Shown piece after piece: positions 50,339 through 61,292 of a stretch of 64,000 nucleotides of DNA. This DNA is from Candidatus Cloacimonadales bacterium (GTDB lineage: Bacteria; Cloacimonadota; Cloacimonadia; Cloacimonadales; JAIOQZ01). Location of the stretch: positions 2,784,001 through 2,848,000 of the forward strand of contig OY771587.1 of NCBI GenBank assembly GCA_963674825.1. The letters are read 5' to 3'. The notes under the pieces are model-generated. The model was not told the DNA's origin. It ran no database searches and was given only the letters and a program-made list of their open reading frames with translations. The position numbers and the translations under genes are program-made. Numbering within the stretch: position 1 is the first letter of the stretch; each line of letters starts with the position of its first letter.

Positions 50339-51595
50339 ATGGACAAGAATGGTGAAACGAGTAAAGTCCTGACGATCAACTGCGGAAGCTCATCCCTGAA
50401 GTACGAAATCTTTGAGATGCCTTCCCAGATCAGCTTGGGCAAGGGTGTAATCGAACGTATAGGCGAACCGATCGGAAGGCTCGAACAGCGTACTAAGGGT
50501 GGATTGATCGAGCAGGAAACCGAGGTTCCAGATCATAAGGCGGCGATCGAACTGATGTCCCGCGCGATGGTTGACCCGAAAAAGGGTATGATTTGCGATA
50601 TCAAGGATATCCAGGTTGTTGGTCACCGCGTGGTACACGGTGGAGAGAAATATTCATCTTCCGTGATTATCGATGAAGACGTGATGAACGTCATCGAAGA
50701 AAATATCGAACTCGCACCGCTTCACAATCCCGCCAATCTGACCGGTATCCGCGAGATAACGGAGTTGCTTCCCGCTATCCCGCAGGTAGCGGTTTTCGAT
50801 ACGGCATTCCATCAAACGCTGGAACCGCCGGCATATCTCTACGGTCTCCCCAGAGAAATGTATGATAAATACAAAATCCGTAAATACGGATTCCATGGAA
50901 CAAGTCACCGTTACGTGGCAGCCAGAGCGCTCAAGCTCATGAAACGCTCGCCTGAGAACACCAACGTGATCTCCTGTCATCTCGGTAACGGCGCGTCCAT
51001 CACTGCGATCGAGAATGGCCGCTCCGTGGATACATCCATGGGCTTCACACCGCTGGAAGGCGTCATGATGGGTACTCGCTCCGGCGATATCGATCCATCC
51101 ATCATCTTCTACCTGCTCGAGCGTGGCTATACACCGCATGAGCTCAACAAGATCCTCAACAAAAAAAGCGGTCTTCTGGGGCTTTCCGAAGTTTCCAACG
51201 ACATGCGCGACCTCGAACACGCCGCGTCGTTGGGAAATAAGAACGCTCAGGAAGCGATGGAAGCTTACGCCTATCGTATCCGTAAATACATCGGCGCATA
51301 CGTCGCAAATCTTGTCCGTGTGGATATCCTCGTGTTTACCGGTGGTATCGGTCAGCACGGTATCAACATGCGAAAGATGATCTGTAACCGTTTGGAAAAC
51401 CTCGGTATCGTTATAGACTATCAAAAGAACGTAGCTAACGGCAACCGTGAAGGCATTATCTCCAAGGACTTTTCCAGAATCTCGATTCTGGTTATTCCGA
51501 CAAATGAAGAACTTCAGATTGCGATCGACTCCTACGACCTTGTCGTTGGAATCGAACAGCCTGAACCAACAATGGAACAACCGATTATCCTGTGA
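50339..51595 (+). CDS. ackA: Acetate kinase
   Basis: NCGSSSLK, GHRVVHGG, APLHNP, FDTAFH, GFHGTSH, HLGNGAS, TNEEL. Confidence 0.97.
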   Translation: MDKNGETSKVLTINCGSSSLKYEIFEMPSQISLGKGVIERIGEPIGRLEQRTKGGLIEQETEVPDHKAAIELMSRAMVDPKKGMICDIKDIQVVGHRVVHGGEKYSSSVIIDEDVMNVIEENIELAPLHNPANLTGIREITELLPAIPQVAVFDTAFHQTLEPPAYLYGLPREMYDKYKIRKYGFHGTSHRYVAARALKLMKRSPENTNVISCHLGNGASITAIENGRSVDTSMGFTPLEGVMMGTRSGDIDPSIIFYLLERGYTPHELNKILNKKSGLLGLSEVSNDMRDLEHAASLGNKNAQEAMEAYAYRIRKYIGAYVANLVRVDILVFTGGIGQHGINMRKMICNRLENLGIVIDYQKNVANGNREGIISKDFSRISILVIPTNEELQIAIDSYDLVVGIEQPEPTMEQPIIL

Positions 51596-52686
51596 TTGAA
51601 AGAATACTCATTATAGCATTATTGTTGGCAGCCATCGGATTTCTGACCGCGGATGAACCCGCGGATTCGACGGCTGCCGACACCGATTTCCTCGTAGTAC
51701 CATTGGGGAGCTATTCGGGAGAAACCAGCGCTGTTTTGGGCGGTGTAGCCGTCTATACGCACAGACCGCATGATCTTCCCATGAATGTATCGCCAAACGC
51801 GCTCATGCTCAATTTGATGGTCAGCTTCAAAGGGCAATTCCAAGGAATTCTTGTTCCCGAATACCAGATATCCGGAGGCGCATACGCTATTACCGGATAC
51901 ATAAAATATCGCTACTGGCCGACGTCGTTTTACGGCCTCGGCAATAACTCGGACAAGGATGATCAGGAAGATTATGTCATTCGAGAAACCCATACCTATT
52001 TGCAACTTCGCAAGCGCTTTCGTGATGTCGTTTTGCTGGGTGGAGGCTGGGAATATATCTCCAATCGACTGAGCGACATGGAAGAAGGTGGATTGCTGGA
52101 AACGGGCTCTGTTCCCGGAAGCGAAGACCATGATCTTTCAGCTGCGAGGATGTCGATCGAATTCGACACGCGCGATAACACCTATTATCCTACCACCGGA
52201 TTGTTCTATGACATCAACATTCGCCTGTTCGACAAGAAGATTGGTAGCGATTACACTTTTGTGAAATACAAGGCAGATTTGGCCAATTACTTCCCGATTA
52301 CGAAGGGACAAACGCTTGCCTGGCATGGGATGGCGATCTACACTCAGCATGATGCACCGTATGAAGAAATGTCTCGGCTCGGTGGTGAGATGCGCGGTTT
52401 CGACAGCCAGCGTTACATCGATAATCATATGCTGATGTCACGTCTTGAGTATCGCGTATTCCCATTTACGAAACCGATTTGGGATCGCTTCGGCGCTGTG
52501 GGGTTTGCAGAGTATGGACAGGTTGCCAACGAGGTTTCCGATTTCAGATGGGATGAGACGCACTATACATACGGCATGGGCCTGCGATATCGCTTCAATG
52601 AGAAGGAACGATTCAATTTCCGGCTCGATGTTGGTTTTGCCGGTGATGAGTACGATATTGTCTTTACCGCACGTGAGGCCTTCTGA
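51592..52686 (+). CDS. Omp85/BamA-TamA family barrel-only outer membrane protein
   Basis: Signal peptide; DTRDN, LGG.MRGF...RY.D, G.GLRY, FRLD, terminal EAF; no POTRA region. Confidence 0.8.
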   Translation: MIERILIIALLLAAIGFLTADEPADSTAADTDFLVVPLGSYSGETSAVLGGVAVYTHRPHDLPMNVSPNALMLNLMVSFKGQFQGILVPEYQISGGAYAITGYIKYRYWPTSFYGLGNNSDKDDQEDYVIRETHTYLQLRKRFRDVVLLGGGWEYISNRLSDMEEGGLLETGSVPGSEDHDLSAARMSIEFDTRDNTYYPTTGLFYDINIRLFDKKIGSDYTFVKYKADLANYFPITKGQTLAWHGMAIYTQHDAPYEEMSRLGGEMRGFDSQRYIDNHMLMSRLEYRVFPFTKPIWDRFGAVGFAEYGQVANEVSDFRWDETHYTYGMGLRYRFNEKERFNFRLDVGFAGDEYDIVFTAREAF

Positions 52687-52689
52687 TTG

Positions 52690-53988
52690 ATGCTGACAGT
52701 TGCTATTTCCACCTTGGGTTGCAAGGTTAATCAATACGAATCAGCGTGCATTCTCGAACCGTTTCTGGCCGCTGGCTGGAAGCAAGTGCCATTCAACGGA
52801 TATGCTGATGTCTATATCGTCAATTCCTGTACCGTGACCAACCGTGCCGATTTCAAGAGCCGTAACGCTGTGCGCAGAGCGCTGAAGAATCCCGATGCGA
52901 AGGTTGTCCTCACGGGTTGCTATGTCATGCGTCATCCCGAGGTTTTTCGCGACGAGAACGTGCTCGTGGTCGATAACGCTACCAAGCACCGAATCTTTGA
53001 ACTCCTGGGCCAACTTGACGTTCCAATGCACCTGTTGGATGGAAGCGAAGAATATGTGGAGACCTTTACTACGCAGATGTCCGAGCGAACCCGTGCGTTC
53101 GTGAAGATACAGGATGGTTGTAGCTTTCGGTGCGCCTATTGCGCGGTGCCGGACGCAAGAGGCAAGCCTCGCAGTCGCGATCCAGAGAATGTGAAGAAGC
53201 AAATTATAGCACTCACAGAGAATGGCTTCAGGGAATTCGTGCTGGGTGGTATCAACATGGGGCTTTACGGTATCGACAACGGCTATTCATTTGTGCGTCT
53301 ACTGAGGGAACTCGATGAGATTCCGCAGGTGGAGCGAATTCGACTTAGCTCAATCGAACCACAGCTTTTCACCAATGAACTTCTGGATGCCTTCGGTAGC
53401 ATGAAGATGCTCGCACCACATTTTCACATCCCACTGCAATCAGGCTCGGATGATGTTCTCAAGCGGATGGGACGGCACTATGACACAGCTGAATTCCGCA
53501 TGCTGATCGAGCGTCTGCAACAGATATTCGAACAGCCGGCTCTTGGATTCGACGTGATTGCTGGATTCCCGGGCGAAACTGACGGACATCATCAGGAGAC
53601 AATCGCTTTCCTGGAATCGCTTCCGTTAACCTATCTGCACGTGTTCGGCTACTCCAAACGAAGCGGAACGCCTGCCTCGACGATGAAGAATCAGGTCCAC
53701 GGCGACACGATCAAGCAGCGTTGCAGTGAATTGGAAGCACTCTCGGCGCGGAAAAAAGAAGAATATATAGAGCAGCTGATTACGAATCAACGACAGCTCT
53801 CCGCCATCGCCGAGAAGAGTGACTCGGGATGGGCGGAAGGAATGTCGGACCGATTTGTACGTGTTTATCAGAAACAGGATGTATCAGAGTTCGTTAATGA
53901 AGGCAAGATATTTTCTGGAGTATCAAAGAAGAAACATTTTGACGGAATTGAATTGCATAGAGTTAATAGATTTGGAGGATTCGAATGA
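52690..53988 (+). CDS. mtaB: tRNA t6A methylthiotransferase
   Basis: TLGCKVNQYES, NSCTVT, KIQDGCSFRCAYC, RLSSIEP, HIPLQSG, GFPGET. Confidence 0.93.
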   Translation: MLTVAISTLGCKVNQYESACILEPFLAAGWKQVPFNGYADVYIVNSCTVTNRADFKSRNAVRRALKNPDAKVVLTGCYVMRHPEVFRDENVLVVDNATKHRIFELLGQLDVPMHLLDGSEEYVETFTTQMSERTRAFVKIQDGCSFRCAYCAVPDARGKPRSRDPENVKKQIIALTENGFREFVLGGINMGLYGIDNGYSFVRLLRELDEIPQVERIRLSSIEPQLFTNELLDAFGSMKMLAPHFHIPLQSGSDDVLKRMGRHYDTAEFRMLIERLQQIFEQPALGFDVIAGFPGETDGHHQETIAFLESLPLTYLHVFGYSKRSGTPASTMKNQVHGDTIKQRCSELEALSARKKEEYIEQLITNQRQLSAIAEKSDSGWAEGMSDRFVRVYQKQDVSEFVNEGKIFSGVSKKKHFDGIELHRVNRFGGFE

Positions 53989-56057
53989 AATCGATCGTGA
54001 TCGCCGAAAAACCCAGCGTGGGTCGTGAGCTTGCCCGAGTGCTGAAGTGCAATGCCAAACATCAGGGCTATTTTGAGGGCGCTGACATGATTGTAACCTG
54101 GGCCCTGGGGCATCTGGTTACGCTTGCCGAACCGGGCGATTACGATAAGAAATTCAAGCACTGGAGCTTGGCCGATCTCCCGATCATGCCCGATAAGATG
54201 AAACTCAAAGTGATTCCAAACTCGCGTAAGCAATTCAACACGGTTCGCAGCCTTCTCAAACGAAACGATATCTCGGAAGTGATCATCGCGACCGACGCAG
54301 GACGCGAGGGTGAGCTTGTGGCGCGCTGGATTCTTGTGCTGTCTGGCTGGAAGAAGTCGATCAAACGGCTCTGGATTTCGTCGCAGACGGATACTGCGAT
54401 TCGCGAAGGTTTTGCGAAATTGAAGCCTGGCAGGGAATACGACAATCTCTATCATGCGGCGCAGTGCCGTGCGGAAGCCGACTGGCTGGTGGGACTCAAC
54501 GTGACACGCGCACTGACCTGCAAGTTCGATGCCCAACTCTCCGCGGGACGCGTGCAGTCGCCTACGCTGGCGATGATGATCGACCGCGAGAAGGAGATAC
54601 AGAACTTCACGCCGGAGCCATTCTGGACGGTTTTAGCTGATTTCTCCGGTTTCACGGGTTCGTGGCGCAACAATAAGAACAACGAACGGATCTTCGATCA
54701 CGAATTTGCCCAGAAACTGGTGACCAAGGTCAGCGGAAAACCGGGAAAGATCGTCGATGTCGAATCGAAAAAGAAGAGTACGCAGCCACCGCTGCTGTTC
54801 GACCTCACCGAGCTCCAACGCGCGGCCAACAACCGCTTCGGTTTCACCGCGAAGCATACGCTTTCCATCGTGCAGAGCCTCTACGAACGGCACAAGGTGG
54901 TAACTTATCCTCGCACCGATTCGCGCTACCTGACTTCGGACATGGTTTCAACGCTGAAAGATCGCCTCAAAGCCGTACAAACCGGTAGCTGGGCTACTTT
55001 CGCGGCGAATTTGCTGCAAAATGAACTTCATGTCACCAAACGGATCGTTAATGACGCCAAGGTCAGCGATCACCACGCGCTTATCCCCACCGAACAGCGC
55101 GCCAGCCAGAGTCAGCTTTCCACGGATGAAAAACGCATATACGATCTGATTGCGCGTAGATTCCTTGCAGCACTCTATGGCGACTATAAATACCAGGTGA
55201 CCAGTATCGAGCTGGAGATTGAAGGCGAGCGCTTCATTGCACGCGGGAAATCGACGCTGGATAATGGCTGGAAAGTGGTGGAAGGCAAGGGCGACGAGGA
55301 ATCGGAAGACGACGCGTTACCGGCATTTTCAGGTTGCGACCTGAAGAAAGGCGACCCTGTGAAGGCAGATCAGGTGCGCCTGGTTCGCCACAGCACCAAA
55401 CCACCGTCTCGCTATACGGAAGCGACACTCCTTTCCGCGATGGAAAACGCGGGAAGGTTTATAGAAGATAAGGAATTGAAAGAATCCATCGCGCAGGGAG
55501 GGCTGGGGACACCGGCAACTCGCGCGGAAATTATTGAGAAATTAGTCTCTACCTTTTATATTGAACGTCAGGGAAAATCACTGGTTCCAACGCCGAAAGG
55601 ATTTCAGCTAATCGAGCTGGTTCCGGACGAGCTCAAGTCTCCCGAGTTGACGGCGCAATGGGAAATGCGCCTGAATCGCATTGCAAAAGGCGAGGAGAAG
55701 GCCGCTGCATTTATTGGAGATATCAGGGAGAACGCGATCAGATTAACAAGGGACGTTAAATCAAGTTCTGCTGAGTACAAACCCGATAACCTCACAAATC
55801 ATAAATGTCCACTTTGTGGAAAACCGCTAATGAAGGTTCAAGGAAAAAAAGGTGGACAACTTGCCTGCTCTGATGGAAGATGCGGCTATCGATCCGACAG
55901 TGGCGATCCCAAAGCACTTCGATCGGGAAGACGCTCCAAAAAAGAAATGATCATGAACCAGAAAATGATACGTATGTACAGCGACAACAAACAATCAAGT
56001 GATTTTGGAGAAACCCTGGGAGATATTTTAGAAAAAGCGATTAAGAAGAAGAATTAA
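53985..56057 (+). CDS. topB: DNA topoisomerase III
   Basis: IAEKPSVG, ATDAGREGE, RLWISSQT, SAGRVQSPT, TYPRTDS, GLGTPATRA. Confidence 0.95.
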   Translation: MKSIVIAEKPSVGRELARVLKCNAKHQGYFEGADMIVTWALGHLVTLAEPGDYDKKFKHWSLADLPIMPDKMKLKVIPNSRKQFNTVRSLLKRNDISEVIIATDAGREGELVARWILVLSGWKKSIKRLWISSQTDTAIREGFAKLKPGREYDNLYHAAQCRAEADWLVGLNVTRALTCKFDAQLSAGRVQSPTLAMMIDREKEIQNFTPEPFWTVLADFSGFTGSWRNNKNNERIFDHEFAQKLVTKVSGKPGKIVDVESKKKSTQPPLLFDLTELQRAANNRFGFTAKHTLSIVQSLYERHKVVTYPRTDSRYLTSDMVSTLKDRLKAVQTGSWATFAANLLQNELHVTKRIVNDAKVSDHHALIPTEQRASQSQLSTDEKRIYDLIARRFLAALYGDYKYQVTSIELEIEGERFIARGKSTLDNGWKVVEGKGDEESEDDALPAFSGCDLKKGDPVKADQVRLVRHSTKPPSRYTEATLLSAMENAGRFIEDKELKESIAQGGLGTPATRAEIIEKLVSTFYIERQGKSLVPTPKGFQLIELVPDELKSPELTAQWEMRLNRIAKGEEKAAAFIGDIRENAIRLTRDVKSSSAEYKPDNLTNHKCPLCGKPLMKVQGKKGGQLACSDGRCGYRSDSGDPKALRSGRRSKKEMIMNQKMIRMYSDNKQSSDFGETLGDILEKAIKKKN

Positions 56058-56154
56058 CCCCTATCCGAATCAACGGGTTGGGTCAACAATACCGGGCAGA
56101 CTTGGCATGAGTTAGAGTGGTGTCTTCTCGATGCTTGTTTGTTCAGGAGGTTCT

Positions 56155-57135
56155 ATGAAGCCGGGAATCTTAATTACGCGCAGGTTGCCAGAACCTGTGA
56201 TGGAAAAACTTTCTGAAAAATTCGATGTGTCGGTAAATCCTTACGATCGAACAATGACGCACCAGGAACTACTGGAAGGTATTCGATCATGCGAAGTGTT
56301 GCTCAGCATGCTATCGGATAAGATCGATCGCGAAGTGATCGATGCTGGAGCGAAACTCAAGGGCATCGTGAATTACGCGGTCGGTTACAACAACATCGAC
56401 ATTCCATATGCAACGCAGAAGGGAATACCTGTAACCAATACACCGGATGTCCTCACCGCTGCGACAGCTGATCTTGCCTGGGCGTTGCTTTTCTCGACAG
56501 CGAGAAGAGTGGTTGAAGCGGATCGAGATACGCGCGAAGGAAAGTTCAAGGGATGGGAACCAACGTCCTATCTTGGTGCTGACATCACCGGCAAGACGCT
56601 TGGTGTAGTCGGTACCGGAAGGATTGGGACAGCGATGGCGAGACGGAGCAAGGGATTTGAGATGAAGCTCCTCTATTGCAGCAATTCCCCAAACATGGAG
56701 CTTGAAATGAACCTGAATGCCAAGTTCTGTTCACTCGATCTGCTCCTGAAATATTCCGACTTTGTCAGCATCCATGTTCCGCTTATACCGCAGACACATC
56801 ACATGATTGGCGAGGAAGAACTGAACCTGATGAAACCGAACGCGATTCTCATCAATACGTCCCGCGGACCGGTCGTTGATGAAAAAGCGCTTTACAATGC
56901 TTTGAAGAGTGGGAAAATTGCCAGCGCGGGTCTGGATGTTTACGAACAGGAACCAGAACTCTATTCCGGACTCGAAAAACTGGATAATGTGGTCGTTCTT
57001 CCGCACATCGGAAGCGCGACGGTTGATACGAGAACAAATATGGGCTTGATGTGCGCCGAAAATGCCCGTGTGATAATCGAGGGCAGCGTTCCGCCTCAGG
57101 TCGTTAATCCGGAGTACACAGAAAACGTTTCATGA
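56155..57135 (+). CDS. gyaR: D-2-hydroxyacid dehydrogenase (glyoxylate reductase family)
   Basis: AVGYNNID, TNTPDVLT, GTGRIG, INTSRGPVVDE, GLDVYE.EP, PHIGSA. Confidence 0.88.
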   Translation: MKPGILITRRLPEPVMEKLSEKFDVSVNPYDRTMTHQELLEGIRSCEVLLSMLSDKIDREVIDAGAKLKGIVNYAVGYNNIDIPYATQKGIPVTNTPDVLTAATADLAWALLFSTARRVVEADRDTREGKFKGWEPTSYLGADITGKTLGVVGTGRIGTAMARRSKGFEMKLLYCSNSPNMELEMNLNAKFCSLDLLLKYSDFVSIHVPLIPQTHHMIGEEELNLMKPNAILINTSRGPVVDEKALYNALKSGKIASAGLDVYEQEPELYSGLEKLDNVVVLPHIGSATVDTRTNMGLMCAENARVIIEGSVPPQVVNPEYTENVS

Positions 57136-57938
57136 AAGCACTATTTTCATTGCCCCCGAAGGCTTTGATCGGTATGGTTCATGTACCGGCATTGCCCGGT
57201 ACGCCATCTTATATTCTCCAGCCGAATGAGATCATCGAAATAGCCGTCAACGAAGCGATGATGATCGAAGACGCCGGCTTCGATGCCATCATGCTGGAGA
57301 ACATGCACGATATCCCCTATATGAATCGCGAGATCGGCCCCGAAATATCCGCGATGATGACTGCAATAGCCTGTGAGATCAAGCGAAAGACCTCTTTGCC
57401 CGTCGGTATCCAGATTCTGGCCGGTGCCGGGAAGGAATCGCTGGCCGTGGCCCAGGCTGCCGGACTCGACTTCATTCGCGTGGAGGGATTCGTCTTTTCG
57501 CATGTAGCGGATGAGGGATTGATGAATAGCTGCGCGGGTGAACTCCTACGCTATCGTAAGATGATCGGGGCGGATGATATCAAAGTTTACGCAGACATCA
57601 AGAAAAAGCACTCTTCGCATGCAATTACGGCGGATATCGATATCGCGGAGACAGCGAAAGCTGTGCAGTTTTTCCTGGCAGACGGGGTCATTGTCACCGG
57701 AAGTTCAACCGGGACAACGGCCAGCAGAGATGAGCTCAAGGCGGTGAAAGGTGCCGTTGACATCCCGATTCTGATCGGTTCGGGTATCACTGCAGACAAC
57801 CTGAAAGATTATTGGGAGCTTGCCGATGCTTTTATTATCGGATCCTGGCTTAAGCAGGACGGTTTCTGGAAAAATTCAATCAGTGAAGAACGGCTGCGCC
57901 GGATGCGCGACGCGGCAAATAGTATGATAGAGGGGTAA
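57132..57938 (+). CDS. BtpA/SgcQ family protein
   Basis: IGMVHVPALPG, ENMHDIPY, DIKKKHS, DGVIVTG..TG, GSG. Confidence 0.92.
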   Translation: MKALFSLPPKALIGMVHVPALPGTPSYILQPNEIIEIAVNEAMMIEDAGFDAIMLENMHDIPYMNREIGPEISAMMTAIACEIKRKTSLPVGIQILAGAGKESLAVAQAAGLDFIRVEGFVFSHVADEGLMNSCAGELLRYRKMIGADDIKVYADIKKKHSSHAITADIDIAETAKAVQFFLADGVIVTGSSTGTTASRDELKAVKGAVDIPILIGSGITADNLKDYWELADAFIIGSWLKQDGFWKNSISEERLRRMRDAANSMIEG

Positions 57939-57941
57939 TCC

Positions 57942-59606
57942 ATGAGATTTCTGACTATAATCGTGATCCTGACAATAGTACTCGGGGCTTGTTCGAGCAC
58001 ACCGAAGCCAGCAGTTGAAGAACCGGATACGTTGAATGTTGTGGAGACGTATTATGAATCGGTTGACGGCCTTACGGGTGATGCACTCAAGGCTGAGCTG
58101 CATCATCTGATCCGAAACCACAAGATGTATCCGTATTTCAGCGATGATATCGGTGTTGGGGAGATGATGATGGATGTAGATCAGGATCCCGCTGACCCGC
58201 GGAATATAATTCTTTTCTACACGGGTAGATCGCAGAATAAAGATTACGCCGATCACGGTAATGATTTTGATTATATGGCAGAATATGGTATATCGCAGGA
58301 CGATTCCTGGAATCGCGAGCATATATGGGCAAAGAGCCACGGTTTCCCTGCAATGAGCGATACCGCTTACACAGATATCCATCACCTGCGACCTGTCGAT
58401 CGCTCCACCAACGGTGCGAAAGGCGCGAAGGACTTTGATTGGGGCGGTTATCCGCACGAAGGAGCGAAGGGATCATACACAGATTTTGACTCGTGGGAAC
58501 CGCGCGATGCGATCAAGGGCGATGTCGCGAGAATGATATTTTACATGGCTGTGCGCTACGAAGGCGGCAAGAATAGCCCCGACCTGGAAATCTTGGAAGA
58601 GACAGGAACTTCGGGGCCTCACTATGGCCGGCTTTCTTCGCTTCTGGAATGGAACGAGCTCGATCCGGTGGATGATCGGGAACGCGCGCGCAACAATGCG
58701 ATTTACGAGCGCTATCAGGGCAATCGCAATCCGTTTATCGACCACCCGGAATATGCGGAGATGATCTGGGGTGAGCCGTCCTCCGAACCGCGTATTATGC
58801 CAGCTGAACCTTGGCTGAGATTTGGCGATGTAGCGATTGACAGTTCTTACACAGAGGTTCTGTACGTAATAAGCGGCAGAAACCTGGCAAAACCAATCGT
58901 CGTCACGGTACCGGACGGATTTCTGCTTTCTCCGATGACCGATCAACCGTACGCTTCCAAGATTACCATGTACCCGGTCGAGGGTGGACTGAACCGCGCG
59001 CTATATTTGCGTTTCATGCCGAGAGAAGAGAGAGTGTACGACGATTCCTTAAAGATCATGTATGGTGAGGAGACGCTTTCGACGCTACCGATCTTCGGTC
59101 GCGGTATCGATCCCCAAACGGATGTGATTCTGGAAGAAGGATTCGAGGATCGCAATCACGGGTGGACCCGTGAGAGCCGAGCCAGTCGCAATAACTGGAA
59201 TCACTCCAGTTACGATGAACGCAATTTTATCAAGATCAGCGGCTACAAGGCCGATGAGCCAAGCGATGACTGGCTCATCTCACCGCCGCTTCAGCTTGAC
59301 CAGTATAAAAACGTAATTCTGCAATTCGAGACAGCGAAGAACCATTCCGATATAATCGATGGCCTGGAAGTGATGGTCAGCGACCAGTATCTGCCTGGTG
59401 AGGATCCCGAGTCGGTGGAATGGTATCACATCCCGGCAAAGCTCTCTGAAGGTAGTTACAAGTGGGTGCATTCAGGATACCTCAATCTCGATAAATACCG
59501 TGGTAAAAACATCTATATCGCATTCCGTTATCGTTGTTCTTCAACAACCAAGGCCACATCGTGGGAACTTGATGACATTCGTGTGACGGGAGTACCGCTC
59601 AAATGA
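57942..59606 (+). CDS. Lipoprotein endonuclease I family nuclease (Bsn-like) with C-terminal beta-sandwich domains
   Basis: Lipobox LGAC; WNREHIWAKSHG, DIHHLRP, KGDVARMIFYMAVRY, QGNRNPFIDHP; DDWLISP...YIAFRY. Confidence 0.9.
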   Translation: MRFLTIIVILTIVLGACSSTPKPAVEEPDTLNVVETYYESVDGLTGDALKAELHHLIRNHKMYPYFSDDIGVGEMMMDVDQDPADPRNIILFYTGRSQNKDYADHGNDFDYMAEYGISQDDSWNREHIWAKSHGFPAMSDTAYTDIHHLRPVDRSTNGAKGAKDFDWGGYPHEGAKGSYTDFDSWEPRDAIKGDVARMIFYMAVRYEGGKNSPDLEILEETGTSGPHYGRLSSLLEWNELDPVDDRERARNNAIYERYQGNRNPFIDHPEYAEMIWGEPSSEPRIMPAEPWLRFGDVAIDSSYTEVLYVISGRNLAKPIVVTVPDGFLLSPMTDQPYASKITMYPVEGGLNRALYLRFMPREERVYDDSLKIMYGEETLSTLPIFGRGIDPQTDVILEEGFEDRNHGWTRESRASRNNWNHSSYDERNFIKISGYKADEPSDDWLISPPLQLDQYKNVILQFETAKNHSDIIDGLEVMVSDQYLPGEDPESVEWYHIPAKLSEGSYKWVHSGYLNLDKYRGKNIYIAFRYRCSSTTKATSWELDDIRVTGVPLK

Positions 59607-60334
59607 TCGAAGTGCGGGACCTTACCATTGGTTTCGGAGATACACCGGTTCTGGACGGGATATCTCTCGCTATCAAAGAGAGTGAAACAACAGTGATCGT
59701 CGGTGCCAGCGGAAGCGGCAAGACGGTCCTGATGAAAACGATCGAAGGGCTCTTCCATCCATGGAAGGGTGAAATCCTTATTGACGACGAGAATTTCTTC
59801 AACCTAGATCGAAGAGGCAAGAAACGGGTGCGACAAAAGCTCTCCATGCTGTTTCAGGGTGCCGCGCTGCTCGATTCTATGAACGTGTTCCAGAATATCG
59901 CGTTGCCGCTTGTGGAGCACAGTAAGCTCTCCCACGAAGAGATCGAACAGAAAGTTCACGAAAAACTGACGCTGGTTGGGCTTGCGGATATCGATTCGAG
60001 AATGCCGGCTGAGCTCAGCGGCGGAATGAAAAAACGTGTCGGATTGGCCCGTGCGATCATTCGCGAACCGAAATACATCATATACGACGAGCCTACAACG
60101 GGACTCGATCCCATTATTGCCACTGAAATTGTCGCGCTTATCAAGAAGTTGCGGCAGACTCTCAACATTACCTCCATTGTAATCACGCACGATCTCTATT
60201 GCATCGATCAGGTAGCTGAACGGGTGGTTATGCTGCACGAAGGGCATATCGTGTTCGATGGGACGTACGAACAGTTCAAGAGCTCAAAGGTGCCGGAAGT
60301 GGTGCGGTTTCTCACTATCCAGTTGGAGAATTAA
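59603..60334 (+). CDS. ABC ATPase, MlaF/Mkl family
   Basis: GASGSGKT, MLFQGAALLDS, ELSGGMKKRVGLARA, YDEPTTGLDP. Confidence 0.9.
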   Translation: MIEVRDLTIGFGDTPVLDGISLAIKESETTVIVGASGSGKTVLMKTIEGLFHPWKGEILIDDENFFNLDRRGKKRVRQKLSMLFQGAALLDSMNVFQNIALPLVEHSKLSHEEIEQKVHEKLTLVGLADIDSRMPAELSGGMKKRVGLARAIIREPKYIIYDEPTTGLDPIIATEIVALIKKLRQTLNITSIVITHDLYCIDQVAERVVMLHEGHIVFDGTYEQFKSSKVPEVVRFLTIQLEN

Positions 60335-61044
60335 TGCACATTGGCAAGGCGGATCGTGTAGTGGTACTCACCGGATCCGGCATCAGCGCTGAATCAGGCA
60401 TCATGACATTTCGCGATCGCGGTGGACTCTGGGAACAACATCGCTTTGAAGATGTCGCGACACCAGAGGCATTCCGGCGCGATCCGGAGATGGTCTGGCG
60501 ATTCTACAAGTACCGTTTCGAGAATGCTACTCGAAGTAATCCCAATCCTGCGCACTACGCGTTGCAGCGACTGGAAGAACATCTTGGTGAGAATTTTCAT
60601 CTCATTACACAGAACGTCGATGGACTGCATCAGAAAGCAGGGAATGAAAACGTGCTGGAGATGCATGGTTCGCTGCATAGAGCGTTTTGTAGTCGGTGCC
60701 GAAAACCGAGACCAACCTCTGAACTCGATTTTACCGATCCGGTTCCCAAATGCATGCATTGTGGTGGTGCGATGCGACCTGATATCGTGTGGTTTGGCGA
60801 GATGCCCTATCGGATGGCAGAGATTGACGAGATTCTGTCGTCGAGTAAGTGCTTGATTGTAGTCGGTACAAGCGGTGTGGTCTATCCTGCAGCGCAGTTT
60901 CTTATGCTTGCGAAGCGATATGGAATGTGTACGATCGGGATAAATCTTGAGCGTCCGCAGAATGTCGAATTCATCGACGAGTTTCATCAGGGTAAGGCAG
61001 GTGAGGTGTTGCCGAAGCTTGTTGAGGAGTGGATAGGAGGTTAA
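60334..61044 (+). CDS. cobB: Sir2-family NAD-dependent deacylase
   Basis: GSGISAESGI.TFR, TQNVDGLH, HGSL, two CxxC, RPDIVWFGE, GTSGVVYPAA. Confidence 0.93.
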   Translation: MHIGKADRVVVLTGSGISAESGIMTFRDRGGLWEQHRFEDVATPEAFRRDPEMVWRFYKYRFENATRSNPNPAHYALQRLEEHLGENFHLITQNVDGLHQKAGNENVLEMHGSLHRAFCSRCRKPRPTSELDFTDPVPKCMHCGGAMRPDIVWFGEMPYRMAEIDEILSSSKCLIVVGTSGVVYPAAQFLMLAKRYGMCTIGINLERPQNVEFIDEFHQGKAGEVLPKLVEEWIGG

Positions 61045-61292
61045 GTCGTGGCGTGCTTCGATATGCTCCTACTTCGCGCTAAGTTTGACAGAACATTCCC
61101 GGTGACGCGGAGTGATTGTTCAGTGCCGATGATCGTTTACCGCACGCATCTTCGCTCGATCCCGCCCTCCGCCGTGAATGAACACGATTTCATCGTGTAA
61201 CACCACGGCTGCGGTTGGATCAAACGAATCTGCTGTGCGTGGCTGAGTCTTGCAAAGAGAAACCAATATTCGGAAGTCGGTATCAATAGACT

